DNA of 64,000 nt, taken from Octopus sinensis (lineage: Eukaryota). Both the position numbers and the translations under genes were made by a program. Positions 13,816 through 28,262 of the stretch are shown piece after piece. How positions within the stretch are numbered: the first letter of the stretch is position 1; every line of letters starts with the position of its first letter. The notes below the pieces were generated by a model, which ran no database searches, was not told the DNA's origin, and saw only the letters and a program-made list of their open reading frames with translations. The stretch lies in the NCBI RefSeq assembly GCF_006345805.1, contig NC_042999.1, forward strand, positions 53,940,001 through 54,004,000, in the 5' to 3' direction.

Positions 13816-14770
13816 AAGATGAACGCTATTAAATGAAGAGTCTGGGGATTGCGTCTGAAATGAGAAGCGGGGCAAATGACCGGAGCCAGCACGACAAATT
13901 TTGGAAGGAAAGAGAAAATGATTTTTTTTGTTGCAATGGTTTGGCACGTTTACCATTTCTATTTGTCTTGGCTTCTCAATCAATTAACGCCTCTAAATGT
14001 TCGAAGCAGCGTCGATTGATATTGATCTGTACAATGATAACACGTTCGTTTATACTGAAAGGCAAAAAGGGCCTCACTGTGGAAATTGTCCCACTGAGAA
14101 ATTCTTCGTTATAGACAATGTGTGTCTAAAGCACACAAATAGGCCATGAATGACGTCAACGAAAGACATACGTTTCTGCCTCGTTACGCTTCATCAGAGA
14201 CAGACACTGGACGCGTTGTTCACTGCTCAGTAAAAATTGCCGTTCTGATACTTAAACATCAAACATCAAACATTTCGTTTGATTTCAGTAATGAGGTTGC
14301 GTGAGCGTCAAGAGCCTCTCCGTTCTCCGGAAGAAACCCACGAATCGAATCACGCGGGTGGGATATCCTTATATCTTTGATTAAGTGGGTCATCAGTTGT
14401 GAGTTAGGAGGAAGGGGTTGCGTGATTAAGCGCCAGTTGATAGGACATACTCCGGGGTCGTTATTCGTGGTAGTCCTGTAGGAGAATATGTTCCTTGTTC
14501 ACTTCTGATAAACTGGTGAGTCATGTGAAAGATACACACACACACACACACACACATAATATATACAAATGTACATAGACATACACGTACACACAGAAAT
14601 ACAAACAAACATACATACATACATACATACATGCATACACACACCGATATATATATTATATAATATATTATATACACAAATTTTAATACGGTATCAGACA
14701 GACAGGCAGTCAGAAAATCAAAGCAAAGAGATGAGTCAGTAAAACACTCACAAACACACACACTCACACA

Positions 14771-14804
<34 letters not shown>

Positions 14805-15104
14805 ACTGCTTCAGTTAGTCAAAGATAACGGAAATCGATGGCTAATGATAGGTATTACTAGTTGCATATATCAGTAGATATCAGTATTTGAACCTGATAT
14901 AACAATACCTAACGAGATCAATAAACAATAATTGTAGATCTAACAATTCTAAAACTAGAATTTGTTCAGAAATGTTTAACTGATGTTCGTCAGTTCATTC
15001 AAGCACTGTATAAACACAGTTTGTAATATCAAGATTAGGTATGCGCCAATTGTTTTGTTAGCTTAAGATATCTGGTTTATTCATGAAAAAAATAGGAGTA
15101 TTTT

Positions 15105-15490
15105 TCAGGCGCAGGCAAAGCTGTATGTTGAAAAAAGCTTGTTTCCCAATCACGTTGTTCAGGATTCAGTTCCACTATATGACACTTTGGGCAAGTGTCT
15201 TCTGCTACAGCCTCCATCGACCAAAGCTTGATGAGTGGATTTGGCAGGCAGAAACTGAAAGAAATCCATTATATACACACACATATATATATAAATATGT
15301 ATATAAATATGTACCGGTGTTGGTGAGTTTACGTCCCGTAACATAGCAGTTCGGCAAAAGCTACCGATAAAATAAGTACAAAGCTTAAAAGAAAAGAAAG
15401 TACTGCGGGTCGACTGATTCGACCAAAAGTTCTTGAAAGAGGTGCCCCAACATCAGCGCAGTCTAATGAGTGAAATTATTGGCAAACGAT
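15105..15490 (+). mobile_element. SINE family A (diverged)
   Basis: Family motifs are present but mutated. Confidence 0.75.
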
Positions 15491-15499
15491 AAAAGATGT

Positions 15500-16330
15500 C
15501 TAGACTCTGAGAGTCTTTGACAAACTTTGGTATGAAAGATTCCATGGCTCAATATTTGCTCCACTTCTCTTCCCACGTTTCTAGAATGAGATGTTCAAAG
15601 TCTGTGAAATAAGTTGTCTTTCTCATGATGTCACATTGTTTACACGAATAAAATCAACAACCGGAAGTAGTTTTATGTCCTTTTTCTTTAACAGAGACTT
15701 TGTTGGATAGGACACTGCACAAGGGATTCGAACTAAGCCATCAAAAGCTTAATAATACTTTTGTTGCCGAAAGGGATTCCATCAAACGTTGATCAGGACT
15801 TTGAGAATTCTAAGCTGTATGGAAAAACGCGAACTATAATGAGTCCAGAAAACTTCATAAAATGAGCCAAATTTTGACAGATTAATATAAATTGAAAGAT
15901 AAGCAAGGAAGTTTTCTCTCTGCTAAGAAAAAATGAAACAGTAATGAGAAAATATTAAATGGAAAAAGTATTACTTGAAGACAAAATAGCTGAAAAGATT
16001 TGGACACAAGAATAAAAGATAAACCGAAGTAGATGTTCATGAATTTGTAAAGAAAAAAATGCTAAAAATAATCATTCTTTAGTGGTAACCGGCAAAATTT
16101 AGAAAGAAAAGAAATGTTCTTATGGGAGAGCCAACAATGGTTCCAAAGAAGAAATAGGCCTAAATTTAACTGCACAGTATGAGCGTCCTGTAACTGAAGA
16201 AACTGATATAAAAATACTAAAGAAATATTGGAGAGAGAGAGACAAACTCTCCAGAGATGATATCCTGTTAGATTCAACAGAGAGGAAATAAGCCAATACG
16301 AAAGTCAACAATCGCTTGAAAAGTTCTGGT
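15500..16330 (+). mobile_element. Highly decayed non-LTR retroelement fragment (probably RTE-like)
   Basis: Remnant motifs FDKLW and K.FGH. No open frame. Confidence 0.3.
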
Positions 16331-16836
16331 TTAAAGTTAGAAGAGTCTGATTTTAGCTGAACAAGATCAATTCTTCACCCAAACATAACACTCGAACCAA
16401 AATAAACAGGCGATATCGTCAACTGTAATCAATACACGAAATAATCGACTTCCGGTCAGTCAGTCACCGCCAGCTCAACAACAAGTTTTAGTGATTAGGT
16501 TGCTATAGAATTGGACAATAACGTTTTTAGATGACCACTGAGTGAGAGTTATATAAACACGCCCCTCTTCCGGTATGGAACAATGACATATCTGGAAATA
16601 GATTGCGATATGGATATCCAGAGGGTCATAAAATCTCGAAAGAAACTGTCCAGGTAACATAAAAGCAGAAATGAAAATATCTCGATGTTTACTGACCGAA
16701 ATAAGTTGGTTTGCGGAAATGGAGCATTACAAAAAAAAAAAGTACAATAAGCTTGAAATAATGTTAAAAATGTAAGCATGGGGTAAAAATAAAAATAGAA
16801 GCAATGATAATGCTAAAACTACACTACTACTACTAC

Positions 16837-16893
<57 letters not shown>

Positions 16894-16957
16894 TGATGAT
16901 GATGATGATAATGATTTCTTTATTAACCACAAAGATTTATATTAAGCAAAACATTAG

Positions 16958-17200
16958 GACCCGGGCGAATTGGTTAGCGGTATTTCGTCTGTCGTTACGC
17001 TCTGGGTTCAAATCCCGCCGAGGTCGACTTTGCCTTTCATCCTTTCGGGGTTGGTAAATAAAGTACCAGTTACGCACTGGGGTCGATGTAATCGACTTGA
17101 TCCGTTTGTCTGTCCTTGTTTGTCCCCTCTGTGTTTGGCCCCTTGTGAGTAATAAAGAAATAGGTATTTTGTCTGCCAGTATCCTAACCATTCTGCCAGC
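16958..17200 (+). mobile_element. Deu/Nin-like SINE (family B)
   Basis: B box GTTCAAATCC followed by GCCTTTCATCCTTTCGGGGT.GGTAAATAAAGTACCAG, which resembles the Deu/Nin domain. Confidence 0.8.
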
Positions 17201-17529
17201 TCACCACTTAAGAACCACAGACATTATACACTTTATTATCATTGTTCGTTTGGCGAAATTTCTTACAACGAATATTCCGAATACGTTTCTTTCCCACGAA
17301 AATGTTGTGGGCGGGGGGTAGGAAACGATGGGGTTTCACTTTAATCGTTTCAGTCTTGCCTTAATATATACTTCGCCGTGGATAACACAATGACGAAAGT
17401 GGTTTTCCCCAACAGAAGGCAGCAGGACGGTCCACACAGTCGACTCGGCTGACAGCGGGATCCATCCTACCCACGTTAGCATCCTTTCCACATAAACCAA
17501 AGAGTTTTGTAATGCTCACACACTGAAAG

Positions 17530-17552
17530 TGGTAGTAGTAGTAGTAGTAATG

Positions 17553-17586
<34 letters not shown>

Positions 17587-17648
17587 CAGCAGCTAAAGCA
17601 GCTGAAGTAGTAATAGTAATAGTAGTAGTAGTAGTGGTAGTAGCAGCT

Positions 17649-17685
<37 letters not shown>

Positions 17686-17780
17686 CAGCAGCTAAAGCAG
17701 CTGAAGTACTAGTAGTAGTAGTAGTAGCAGCAGCAGCAGCAGCAGCGGCGGTGGTGGTGGTGGTGGTGATGGTGGTGGTA
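17530..17780. repeat. (GTA/GCA/GGT)n array
   Basis: Directly visible. Confidence 0.95.
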
Positions 17781-18544
17781 GCGTGGCAGTCGTTGCCGTT
17801 TGTTGCTTGTGTTATGAAACGCCTGCCCGTCCGCGCGCACGGCTGTTCATAAGTTTTTTTTTTTTTCCAGAGCCTGTCCAAACGCCACACCGTTTATAAT
17901 TGCGTGAAAGAGAAAGAAACGCACGACAAACGTGATGGAATGAATTGATAGAAATGATGACATGTCAACAAGTTTATTGATCAATATCGAATGCGGCGAG
18001 TTTGTTTTATTTATTTATTTATTTTTTTTTTTTTTTTTTTGTTAAATCAATACCAATTTAACAGCGCTAAATATCATATTGCGCTGTCCAGGAATCTATT
18101 GTATTAGTTAACCAATTTATTACGCAAGTCAATTAACTAAGTTATTATAGATGACAATTAAGTAATTGTATTAATAACCAACCGAGTGAAAACGAGATCG
18201 GTTTTCGCAGACACTAGACTTATTACAATAGTAACCATTTAGCAATGGCGTTCTGATTTGACTTTCACCATAAGTCGTCATAGAAATACACAAATAATTG
18301 TTTATCCCAGTTTTATTGATAAACCGATAATTATTGATGATATATCGAACTGTGTGTCTCATCTGTTACAGAGCTTCTAAAATGTAGTAACTGGTCGTTT
18401 GGCCCCGTTGCTTGTGTGTCACAGTGTGCCATAATTTTGCTGATTTTGACCTCACCTGGCACTATACAACAACAATAACAACAGCAGCAACAACACTGAA
18501 AATAACTACAACTACATATCGTGAATATATCATACTGTTTCAGC

Positions 18545-18780
18545 GGGCGGCGGTGGCGGCGGTGGCGGCGGTGGTGGCGGTGGTGGTGGCGGTGGTGGTG
18601 GTGGTGGTGCTGCTGCTGCTGCTGCTACTGCTGTTCCTGGTGTGGGTCACGGCGGTGGTGGTGGTGGCAGTGGGGAGGGGCTTGGTTATGGCTGTAACGC
18701 TGACGATGGTGGTAGTGACGGTGGTGGTGGCGGTGGTGGTGGTGGTAGTGGTGATAGTGGTGGTGGTAGTGATGGTGGTC
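18545..18780. repeat. (GGC/GGT/GCT)n array
   Basis: Directly visible. Confidence 0.9.
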
Positions 18781-19476
18781 ATTAAAACATGCTAGAAATA
18801 GGAATCAGCTCTCCTCAAACCACCCCTCTGGTTTGAATGTTTGTTTAAACAAAGTTTCAAAATTTAGACAGAGATATTTTAGTCTTATGTTATAAAGTAT
18901 GTCACGCATTCAGAGAATGTGGGTTCGAATCCTGCGGGCATTTTTCTATCCAAACAAATTTCAAGCCAATATTTACATGCTATTGTTCATAGCCTTATTT
19001 ACTTCGAGTTCAACAATTAAAAATGAATTATTTCATGCTTTCTCGCTTTCACGTTTTCTAAATTCTAGTCTATGCGTGTCACTTTCTTCCCTCACCCAAC
19101 ACCCACCCCCCACCACCACCACCACACACGCACATCTGAGCAACGACCTTTTCCATCCCGCGCCTTTCCACAATTCCTAAAGAAGTGGTTATCGCACCGA
19201 AATATAGAAACATGCGGTATAACTAGAAACGTTTTTTTTTTTTTTTCCTTTTCGTTTTGTTATTCGCTTTTATATCATCTTGCATTGTTCTGGCCTCACA
19301 CATCAAGTCTCTTTAGAATGCAAATACATATCAGTGATATATATCGGAGATGAAGCTAAAATATATCTAGTCTTTAGGGAACTCTCCAAAGACTTACAAA
19401 CTCTCCATCTGTCTCACCCTCAAAATTGCAATATTCTAGTGATTGGGATATTGAAAGATAGTAAATACACCACGTT

Positions 19477-19687
<211 letters not shown>

Positions 19688-19690
<3 letters not shown>

Positions 19691-19860
19691 GAGTTTACGA
19701 TAAAAACAAAAGAAGACAGGTGGTGTACAAAATAAACAGATGTATTTGTATAACGCTCAGGTATAGAAAAAGTCTTTTACGTTTCGATTCTTCGCTCTTC
19801 TACAGAAAGGAAAACAAGGAGAGAAACAAGGAGAGAAAAAAATGTATGTAGTGGCTAATA
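19688..19860 (-). mobile_element. Short Penelope-like non-coding element with a hammerhead-like fold (CTGTAGA core)
   Basis: Reverse-complement homologue of 51272-51452. The motif lies at 19773-19810. Confidence 0.6.
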
Positions 19861-20744
19861 TATATATACCAACTAAAATATATAGCTTAAATCACATTTG
19901 AACGTGGCACTCAGAGTTGAGAACATGAAAACTACAGAGGAGACTGTAATAAGATGTTAGTGAACAGAACAGCACATTGCACTGCACCGCGGACCCTCAC
20001 CACACAAAACCTATTTAAAGCTCTATCTCATTGCAACTCCATTATCCAAAATCGCTTACAACTGCTCCACAATAGCGTAAGAGTCTATTATAGCGTGGCT
20101 ATAAATATTTACACACACATACGCACTCACTTACACACATATACACAGACAAGTGCGGATACACACAGACACATGTACACTAACGCACTAAAACAATTAT
20201 CGCCGGCAGCTGTTTTATTTCCGCTTCTGCAGATGAAATCTTCAGATGTTATTAATATCATCAAAACAGACAATGATGCCATTAATTTAGATTGAATGAG
20301 GCTCAGGGCTAGATGCCTCCAGAATGGCACAGGGAGATTTTGAAAACGTAAATTGACATTTGTTGTTGTTTGAATGAGTGTAGGTGAGATGGGAGGCTGC
20401 GTGTGTGTGTGTGTGAAGAACTTCATAGACAAGTGAGGTGGGGACTGAAATGAGAGAAGAAACCAGTTTCGTTTCCAAATTGAAAGATACTCGTTTTACC
20501 AAAATCCTATCGTCTCTAAATCTCCTTCTAAAATGCGCAGAAGACGTGTAGGAGTAGCACACATCAATAATGATTGTTGCATTGGACATTTAACACCTCC
20601 GCTTTTTATTTATTTTGTTCGGGAGTACGAGATAACCGATACGATGCTCCAAGTATATTACAGTGAAACATAAAGGAGAGTTATTCGGAAAAGCCATAAA
20701 AAATTGCAAGGCACAAAAATACAAAGAACGGAATAAAAAAGACT

Positions 20745-20887
20745 CAGGGATGGATACGTGATAACACGTTTGCTTCCCAACAGCATGGTTCCGGGTTCAG
20801 TCCCATTGCGAGGTACCTTCTGCTATAATCACGGGCAAACCAAGGCCTTGTGTATGGGTTTGATAGACGGGAAGTAAATAAAGCTCG

Positions 20888-20924
<37 letters not shown>

Positions 20925-21200
20925 CGTGCGTGCGGGTGTGTGTGCGTGTGTGTATGTGTGTGTGCGAGCGTGCGTGCGTGGGTGTGTGTGTGTGTGTGTT
21001 TGTGTCCCACCACCGCTTCACGACCATGTTCGGTGTGTTTACGTCTCAGTAACTTAACAGTTCGGCAAATAAGGAGAGATAGAGTAATTACCAATCTTAA
21101 AAGAAAAATGTAACTACTGAGGTCGATTCGTTGGACTAAAATACTTCACAGTGCTGCCCTAGCATGGCCGCAGCCTAATGACTAAACGAAGGAAAATGTA
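20745..21200 (+). mobile_element. SINE family A (diverged) with internal (GT)n
   Basis: GGTTCCGGGTTCAGTCCC head and GCATGGCCGCAG tail. Confidence 0.75.
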
Positions 21201-21339
21201 AAAGGAAGAAGATAAATAAAATACTGAGTGTTTTCTGCTCATTTATATATCGGACGTCACTGTTTCTTCTGATAATTACTAATTACGCTAATTGTTAATA
21301 ATAATTGATCTCTTAATGTGGAACGTCTCTGCGTTGAGA

Positions 21340-21620
21340 GTCACATTTCCTGTATCATGGACATGTCGTTAGAATGTCGTAGGAAAAGGGCGCAAAACAG
21401 ATTCTTCAAGTGAAGCCAACGAGCAGTAGAAGTAGGGTGCAACAAGAACGAGGTGGCTGGATAAAACACCCATAGGCTGTATTGGTCACTCTTGGAACGT
21501 TTACTTTTGACAGAACCCAATGGACAAGGGACCTGAGGATTCTACCACCACAAACCTTTCAGGAATAGTGGCCGGACGAAATGAATGGTCGGATGGATTA
21601 ATGATAATGATTACTAATAA
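21340..21620 (+). mobile_element. RTE-clade LINE 3' end fragment
   Basis: Translates to GHVVRM..KGAKQILQVKP..RSR, resembling the RTE C-terminus, followed by a short TAA/TGA-type tail. Confidence 0.55.
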
Positions 21621-22624
21621 TAAACTTAGTCTGTTTATGGTAAGATGCACAACAACAACAACCGTAGTTACGTGGATGATGCATTAATAAACTTCTTGTC
21701 TGTATTTCGAAACCCAATTCACATGAAATCCTGCGGCTGAGCTTTTTGAGTCTGATTACAAGAGTTGACGAACCACTCGTCATTACACAAATCGCGCTTG
21801 AGTTTGATACAATAAATTCTAAAACAAAAGCATCTGAAAAACCAGGCGATCCCCACGATACAGTTTGAGAACAATAAAGGCATAGTACTAACGAGAATGA
21901 CAGACATAACAGCAAGATAACATTTAATACACGGCCTACCGTCCTAAAAGGAAGGACACATGTTATGTCGTTCTCAGGAGTCACTGCAGCCATGATATTC
22001 ATCTCGTTACAATAAGTATCGCGTTTTTAAACACACATGCTTCCTCAGAGATTGTATCAAAGACAAATACCACAGTATCATGCCTGTCAACTGCGTATAT
22101 AGATTCAGCATGATACACAGATGGTGGTTTTCAATTAATTCTGTTTCAATTGTATTTATCGGGGTTTTGTAAAGCCCAGAATTCTTTCACAGTACCAATG
22201 AGTATTTTATTCACTGTCTTTTATATATCGAAGCATGAAATCCGTTTAAACAGCTCGTAATTGGCAAGAAGCATTGAAAATCCTCAACGAAGGCAAACCA
22301 TGCCGCCCATTCTCGCAAATCTCTACGCCGATATATTTTGTTTCTGACACTGTATATCAAATGAGGAGGATCTATCATAGACAATTCCATGGCAGTATGC
22401 CTTCTAAATATGTATACGATACACAAATTGAGAGTTTAATTTAATGCTGTTTCAGTTGCTAGATATATCTGCAAATATAGGTGGAAAGAAGTCGATCATA
22501 GGTCTACCCAGCAATAACAGAATCCCTTAAAATAAACAGCGACAATAATGTACTGATTATGGTTTTAATTTATCGACACGGCAATACACCGAGGAGAATG
22601 TTTAGCAACATTTTGTCCTTCGCC

Positions 22625-23240
22625 ATGTTCCTGGCTCACATTCCGCCGAGGTCGGCTCTGCCTTTCATCCTTTCGGGGTCGATAATTAAGTACCAGTGGA
22701 ATACTGGGGTCGATATAATCGACTAGTCCCCCTCCCCCACAAATTTGAGGCCTTGTGCCTCCAATAGAAAGGGTAATTATCAGCCGGCGTGCTGGCAGAA
22801 TCGTTAGCACGGCGAGCAAAATGCTTAGCGATATTTAGCCCGTCGCTACGTTCTGAGTCCAAATTCCACCGAAGTCGACTTTGCCTTTCATTCTTTTGGC
22901 GTCGATTAAATATGTACCAGTGAAAAACTGGGGTCGATGTAATCGACTAGTCCCCTCCCCCACAAATTTCAGGCCTTGTGCCTATTGTAGAAAGGATTAT
23001 TTTTATTGTTAAGGTGGCGAGCTTGCCGAACCGTTAACACGCTGGTCAAAGTGTTAAGCCTGGTACTTTACGTCTGGTACTTTACGTTCTGCGTTCAAAT
23101 GCTACCAATGTCAGCTCTGCCTTTCAGCCTTTCGAGGTCAACAGAATAAAGTACCAGTCATTTACTGGGATCGATGCAATCAACTTACCCCTCCCCTCAG
23201 TCTCGCTGGTGTTGTGCCAAACCTTGAAACCCTTATTGCT
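22625..23240 (+). mobile_element. Three head-to-tail SINE family B copies
   Basis: The Deu/Nin-like block recurs at ~22660, ~22880 and ~23120. Confidence 0.8.
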
Positions 23241-23674
23241 ATTATTTTGACAGAGGGTAAACTGGATGAGACATTTCGAAAACGATGCCTGACACCATGG
23301 GGGTTTTACTTGGAACATGGAACAAACAAGTCAACGCCCCAGATTACATTTTCTACCGAAAACTTACCTTAATCTAGGGGAAGTATCAGGCCTACAGTTG
23401 CATTCTGAGAGTCAGTGGCGCTTACGTTTCAGAAATCAACCGGGAAGGAGCGCTCGTATCTCTTCACCCTTAGCGATGAATCTGATAATTCCTCGGTCCG
23501 AGAAGGAAAGCTCTGCCTTTGTCCAGCATGGAGTTTTTTTTTTTGGGGGGGGGGGGTTATCAACATTGCTGGTGCGATTACATTTCTGTGGTTGGAATAT
23601 CATAAAGAAGAATTATCTGACTGCTGTGTGGTGACTCTCATTCATTTATTTCGTTAACTGAACTCTAGATATTC

Positions 23675-24079
23675 TTTCTTTTATTCTTTTACTTGTTTCA
23701 GTCATTTGACTGCGGCCATGCTGGAGCACCGCCTTTAGTCGAGCAAATCGACCCCGGGACTTATTCTTTGTAAGCCCAGTACTTATTCTATCGGTCTCTT
23801 TTTGCCGAACCGCTAAGTGACGGGGACGTAAACACACCAGCATCGGTTGTCAAGCAATGCTAGGGGGACAAACACAGACACACAAACACACACATATATA
23901 TATATATATATACATATATACGACAGGCTTCTTTCAGTTTCCATCTACCGAATCCACTCACAAGGCATTGGTCAGCCCGGGGCTATAGCAGAAGACACTT
24001 GCCCAAGATGCCACGCAGTGGGACTGAACCCGGAACCATGTGGTTGGTTAGCAAGCTACTTACCACACAGCCACTCCTG
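23675..24079 (-). mobile_element. SINE family A, complete and consensus-like
   Basis: Head to tail in reverse. Nearly identical to 45525-45930 and 49588-50086. Confidence 0.9.
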
Positions 24080-24917
24080 AAAAAACCAAACTCTTGTTGT
24101 CGTTATATCGGCTTTCACAACCGCTTCCAAGTTGGTTAACGATGTAATTGTAGCGACGGAACTCCAGCTGAGACATAGAAATAAATGGTTGAAGCGTTCC
24201 TCGCTAGTACACTTCATTGATAGACCATCATCTCACAGTTTCTTATTTCTCATCATCCAGCCAACCAACCATATCACTGACTATTGTTCACTGCGGACAT
24301 CATTCATGAAAAAGTTGATGGTATGGCTTTTAACTCGACAAAAATCAATAATTCCAATTAATATTGAAATAACAATTTCTAAAATGCTATTGAAATTCTC
24401 GAGTTGTCGCCATCTTCGTGTATCCACAGATGCTGCCCTCATCGTCACCGTTGTCATCAGCCGTGTTGCCGTTGATGTTGTTGTTGTTGTTGTTATTGAT
24501 GGTAATAATATTAGTGTTGTAGATGGCGTTGTTGTTTCTGTTATTATTGTATTCTTGTTGTTGTTGTTTTTTGTGTTGTTATTTTTATTGTTATTGTTGT
24601 TAACAGCGCTGCTCTTATTATCTTTGTTTTTCATGATGCTGTTGTCGCCATGTTCCTGTTTATCCTCCTCTTCGGCCTGATTACTTTACCGTTAAAAAGA
24701 AATGAGGTTACAATTTAAAGCAAACGCTGAAGTACATTCCACTAGAGGGAGAATTGTATTGTGACAGGGCAACATTCTCTTCCAACAAACAGACTGCACC
24801 CTCTGCTTTAGCTTAAACATTAATCTTGAACCCGAAAGCCTGCTCTAGATACATTACGTCAGCTCCTTTAACGTCGCTCAGACATTTAACGTTACGGAAA
24901 TTTCACACGAGCACATA

Positions 24918-25296
24918 TCGTCGTCGTCGTCGTCGTCGTCGTCTTCTTCTTCTTCTTCTTCTTCTTCTTCTTCTTCTTCTTCTTCTTCTTCTTCTTCTTC
25001 TTCTTCTTTTTCTTCTTCTTCTTCTTCTTCTTCCTCCTTCTTCTTCTTCTTCCTCTCCTTCTTCTCTCTTCTTCTTCTTCTTCTCCTTCTTCTTCTTCTT
25101 CTTTTCTTCTTCTCTTCTTCTTCCCCCCTTCTTCTTCTTCTTCCCCCTTATTCTTCTTCTTCTTCTTCTTCTTCTTCTTCTTCTTCCCCTTCTTCTTCTT
25201 CTTCTTCTTTTTCTCTTCTTCTTTCCTTCTTCTTCTTCCTCTTCCATTCTTCCTTCTTCTTCTTCTTCTTCTTCTTCTTTCTTCTTCTTCTTATTA

Positions 25297-25341
<45 letters not shown>

Positions 25342-25342
25342 G
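24918..25342. repeat. Compound (TCG)n-(TTC)n-(TTA)n array
   Basis: Directly visible. It contains a ~370 bp almost pure polypyrimidine tract. Confidence 0.95.
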
Positions 25343-25800
25343 AGTGAGCGAGCAGAGCATGCCATCAAAGTGACACTGGGGTAAAATATGCGAAGCCCAG
25401 TATACCCATCATGACTACCCGTCTGATAAGGGTACACCAGGCACATTCATCACAACCATATGTGCGCGACATGGTGATCTCATATCAAGATAAAACAGCA
25501 CATGACCTTGCAGGTGGAGCCCAGTTAGAATTTTCTTCAGATCGAGTAACCCATCCCGCTCAAAAGGTCCCTGAATAAGGGTTGTTTAAGGACTTGAACG
25601 AAACACCCATGTTTCCAGAGGTGAATTATTCAAACCCCAAAGAATTCTTCTCAACACATGGCTATGATGCTCCCCCACTACTTCTGCTCGTGATCAGAGA
25701 TGCACATCGTCAGCCACTAAGGGACATGCTCAACTGGTTAAGGTCAAACAACTGACAAGCAAATCTGTAGTATTGAGCAGAATATTTGCTGTAGCCCATC
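25343..25800 (-). mobile_element. Probable non-autonomous retroelement with a (TAA)n tail
   Basis: Unique-looking 460 bp bounded on both sides by (TTA)n. The (TAA)n tail on the minus strand is RTE-like. No ORF. Confidence 0.45.
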
Positions 25801-27929
25801 ATTATTATTATTATTATTATTCATGACCAGAAGATATTTCGGCTCCTATTCCGTTGATTCTTCTCTACAAACACTGGTAAGAACCGCATTAGAGTCCTGC
25901 AGCTCACAAACACGACAATGTTACTGCTACATAAACAAACATCTTAGACTGTATCAAATAGGAGGGCCGCTTATGGCTTGATAAGTAAAAGGTCATCACC
26001 TATGGCCTTTGCAGGTTATTTCCTCTGTGACTGGACAGAATACCGAAAGGAAATCATGATTCATTGGAAAAGTGCAGTAGGACGGGCCGTATCAAGATAA
26101 CCTCATGCTCAAAACCTGGTTCGAGGATATTTGTAACAGAAGGTACTCCACTGAAGACATCCAGTGGAGAGATGATGGTGTCAACATCCAGAGGTCAGTC
26201 GCTGATGGGTTATGACATCCAGTGATAACATCCAGGTGTTACTCTGGGAGATGCTATCACCTATAAAGGGATACAATCTAACACTCTCGAGTTTCTTCAA
26301 TCTGTCTGCCTGGTCAATGTTACCTAAAAGGTTTTGGTTCAAACTGAGGCTATATTAAAAGCCACAGGACCAATATGCCCTGCAGGAGAATCGAATCTGG
26401 AATCGTGTGATTGCCAAGCAAACTTCTTAACCACACATCAATGCCTGCACAAATATAACTGGGTTAACTACACAGATATACCGACAACCATTTGGTTGAT
26501 TAACAATGAGCCACACACACACACGCACACGCACACTACAGCCACTGGTTAAGGGGTTGCACAGACTCCTTTTTATATGTTTTCTAAACCTGCCTCAATA
26601 AATCTTCGCCCTTACATTACGATACAGACACAATTAGACCCACAAAATTTCAACAATCCATCTGTATCATTTGGGGCTGTTGTTGGTCACCATTTCTCTG
26701 CTTTTATCCTTTTACCCAAACTCCCAACTAAACTCATCTACATTTCTTTTCCTCCACATCTGCAACATTCCAGCTCAATGGTTTCCAAACAGGGTCCACA
26801 TGGCCCTTGGCGACCATTTGAGATTTTGTTGTTAAAATTTACTTCTACAATGCCCAAAATATTTTATTAATTTAAATCTGCGATTCCTATTAATATTTAG
26901 TTATGGAAACAGAGTAGGATTTTTTAAAACATAGAATGGCTATGGGGTGGGAACGTCCACCTGAGTGAAATAAGAATGGAAGGGTCCCAGAGGCAAAACC
27001 TGGTTGAGAAACGCTGTTGTTGAAAAATGTTCTGCTTCTTTAATCCGTAAAAGACTAGACACCATGGCAACTCCATAAAAGTCACAAATTTAAGAAAACC
27101 TGCAAATATCGTGGCCACCACCTCCCATCCATTCCAAATTTACTGAAGAATACACTGTCCTAACCTTATTCAAAATTAAAGGTTGTTTTCGGAATCACTT
27201 CAGTTAAGTTATACTTTTGGTTTATCGTTATATTTACTGAAATTGTATAGGTCTTCGTTTCTCTTCTGTTGGTTACAAAAAACAGTCAGAATGAAATGCC
27301 ATACAGTTATACTTGCTATACAATCATACATCTATATAATCATACATGCTGATGCTATACAGTTATACAATGATATGCTACCAACGTTATCTCTTTCCTA
27401 CTGTATGTTGATTTATAACCTAGTCACCAGACCTGTAATTTTCCGAAACTCAATAATCGCGTTAATTGTCGCCAAAAACACCAGAATATTTTATGATTAT
27501 GCCATTTGTTTTGGGATTGTGATATACAGCTAAAGGACCAAATTCTTAAAAGCTTCAGCAGCATCGAGCGTACAAACTTCAAAGTTGGTGCAGTGGAGAC
27601 ATGCAGCCTGTTTCCAAATATTAACAAAAACTGTTTTAAATAATGGATTACGGTGGTATCTCACCTTTATCCAACCGTGACTATCACCTGATTATATACA
27701 GTGTACACTGTCGTAAGATGTAGAATAATTGATTCTTTATGCCGAGATCTACCAAAGGTCGTGCTATCGAAATCAAATATTTCTGGAGAATATTTGTTGG
27801 TTCCTGGGAAATTACTGGTTTATGATGGACCATGAACAAATACATAACTTTACATACATGTATGTGTGTGTATGAGTGATATGTGTGTCTGTGTGTGTGT
27901 ATGTATGTATATGTGTATTGAGATATCTA

Positions 27930-28262
27930 GACCCCCTTCGGTCATGAATGACCATGGGATTGCACCTAGAAAGTTACCCTCCTAGACACAAGCCCGGGCA
28001 CGGTTGTTTATGGAAGACCAGCAGTCGCCCATGCATACCAGCCTCCCCTCTCCACGCCACCAGTGTTATCCAAGGGAAAGACAAAGGTCGATACAGCTTG
28101 GCACCAGTGACGTCGCAACTCATTTCTACAGCTGAGTGAACTGGAGCAACGTGAAATAAAGTGCCTTGCTCAAGAACACAACACCCAGCCCGGTCCGGGA
28201 TTCGAGCTCACAACCTCACGATCGTAAGCTCGACGCTCTAACCACTGAGCCATGCGCCTTCA
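27930..28262 (-). mobile_element. tRNA-derived SINE family C
   Basis: The reverse strand starts AGGCGCATGGCTCAGTGGTTAGAGCG (A box), with a B-box-like GCTCGAATCCC. Confidence 0.88.

Noticed and set aside
14170-14205. Minus-strand CTGATGA..GAAACGTA hammerhead-like motif
   Set aside because: The core is present but helices I and II do not pair. At most it is a decayed Penelope-like remnant.
24132-24680. 182 aa ORF with a hydrophobic C-terminus
   Set aside because: The C-terminal half is (GTT)n-derived low complexity and no domain is recognisable.
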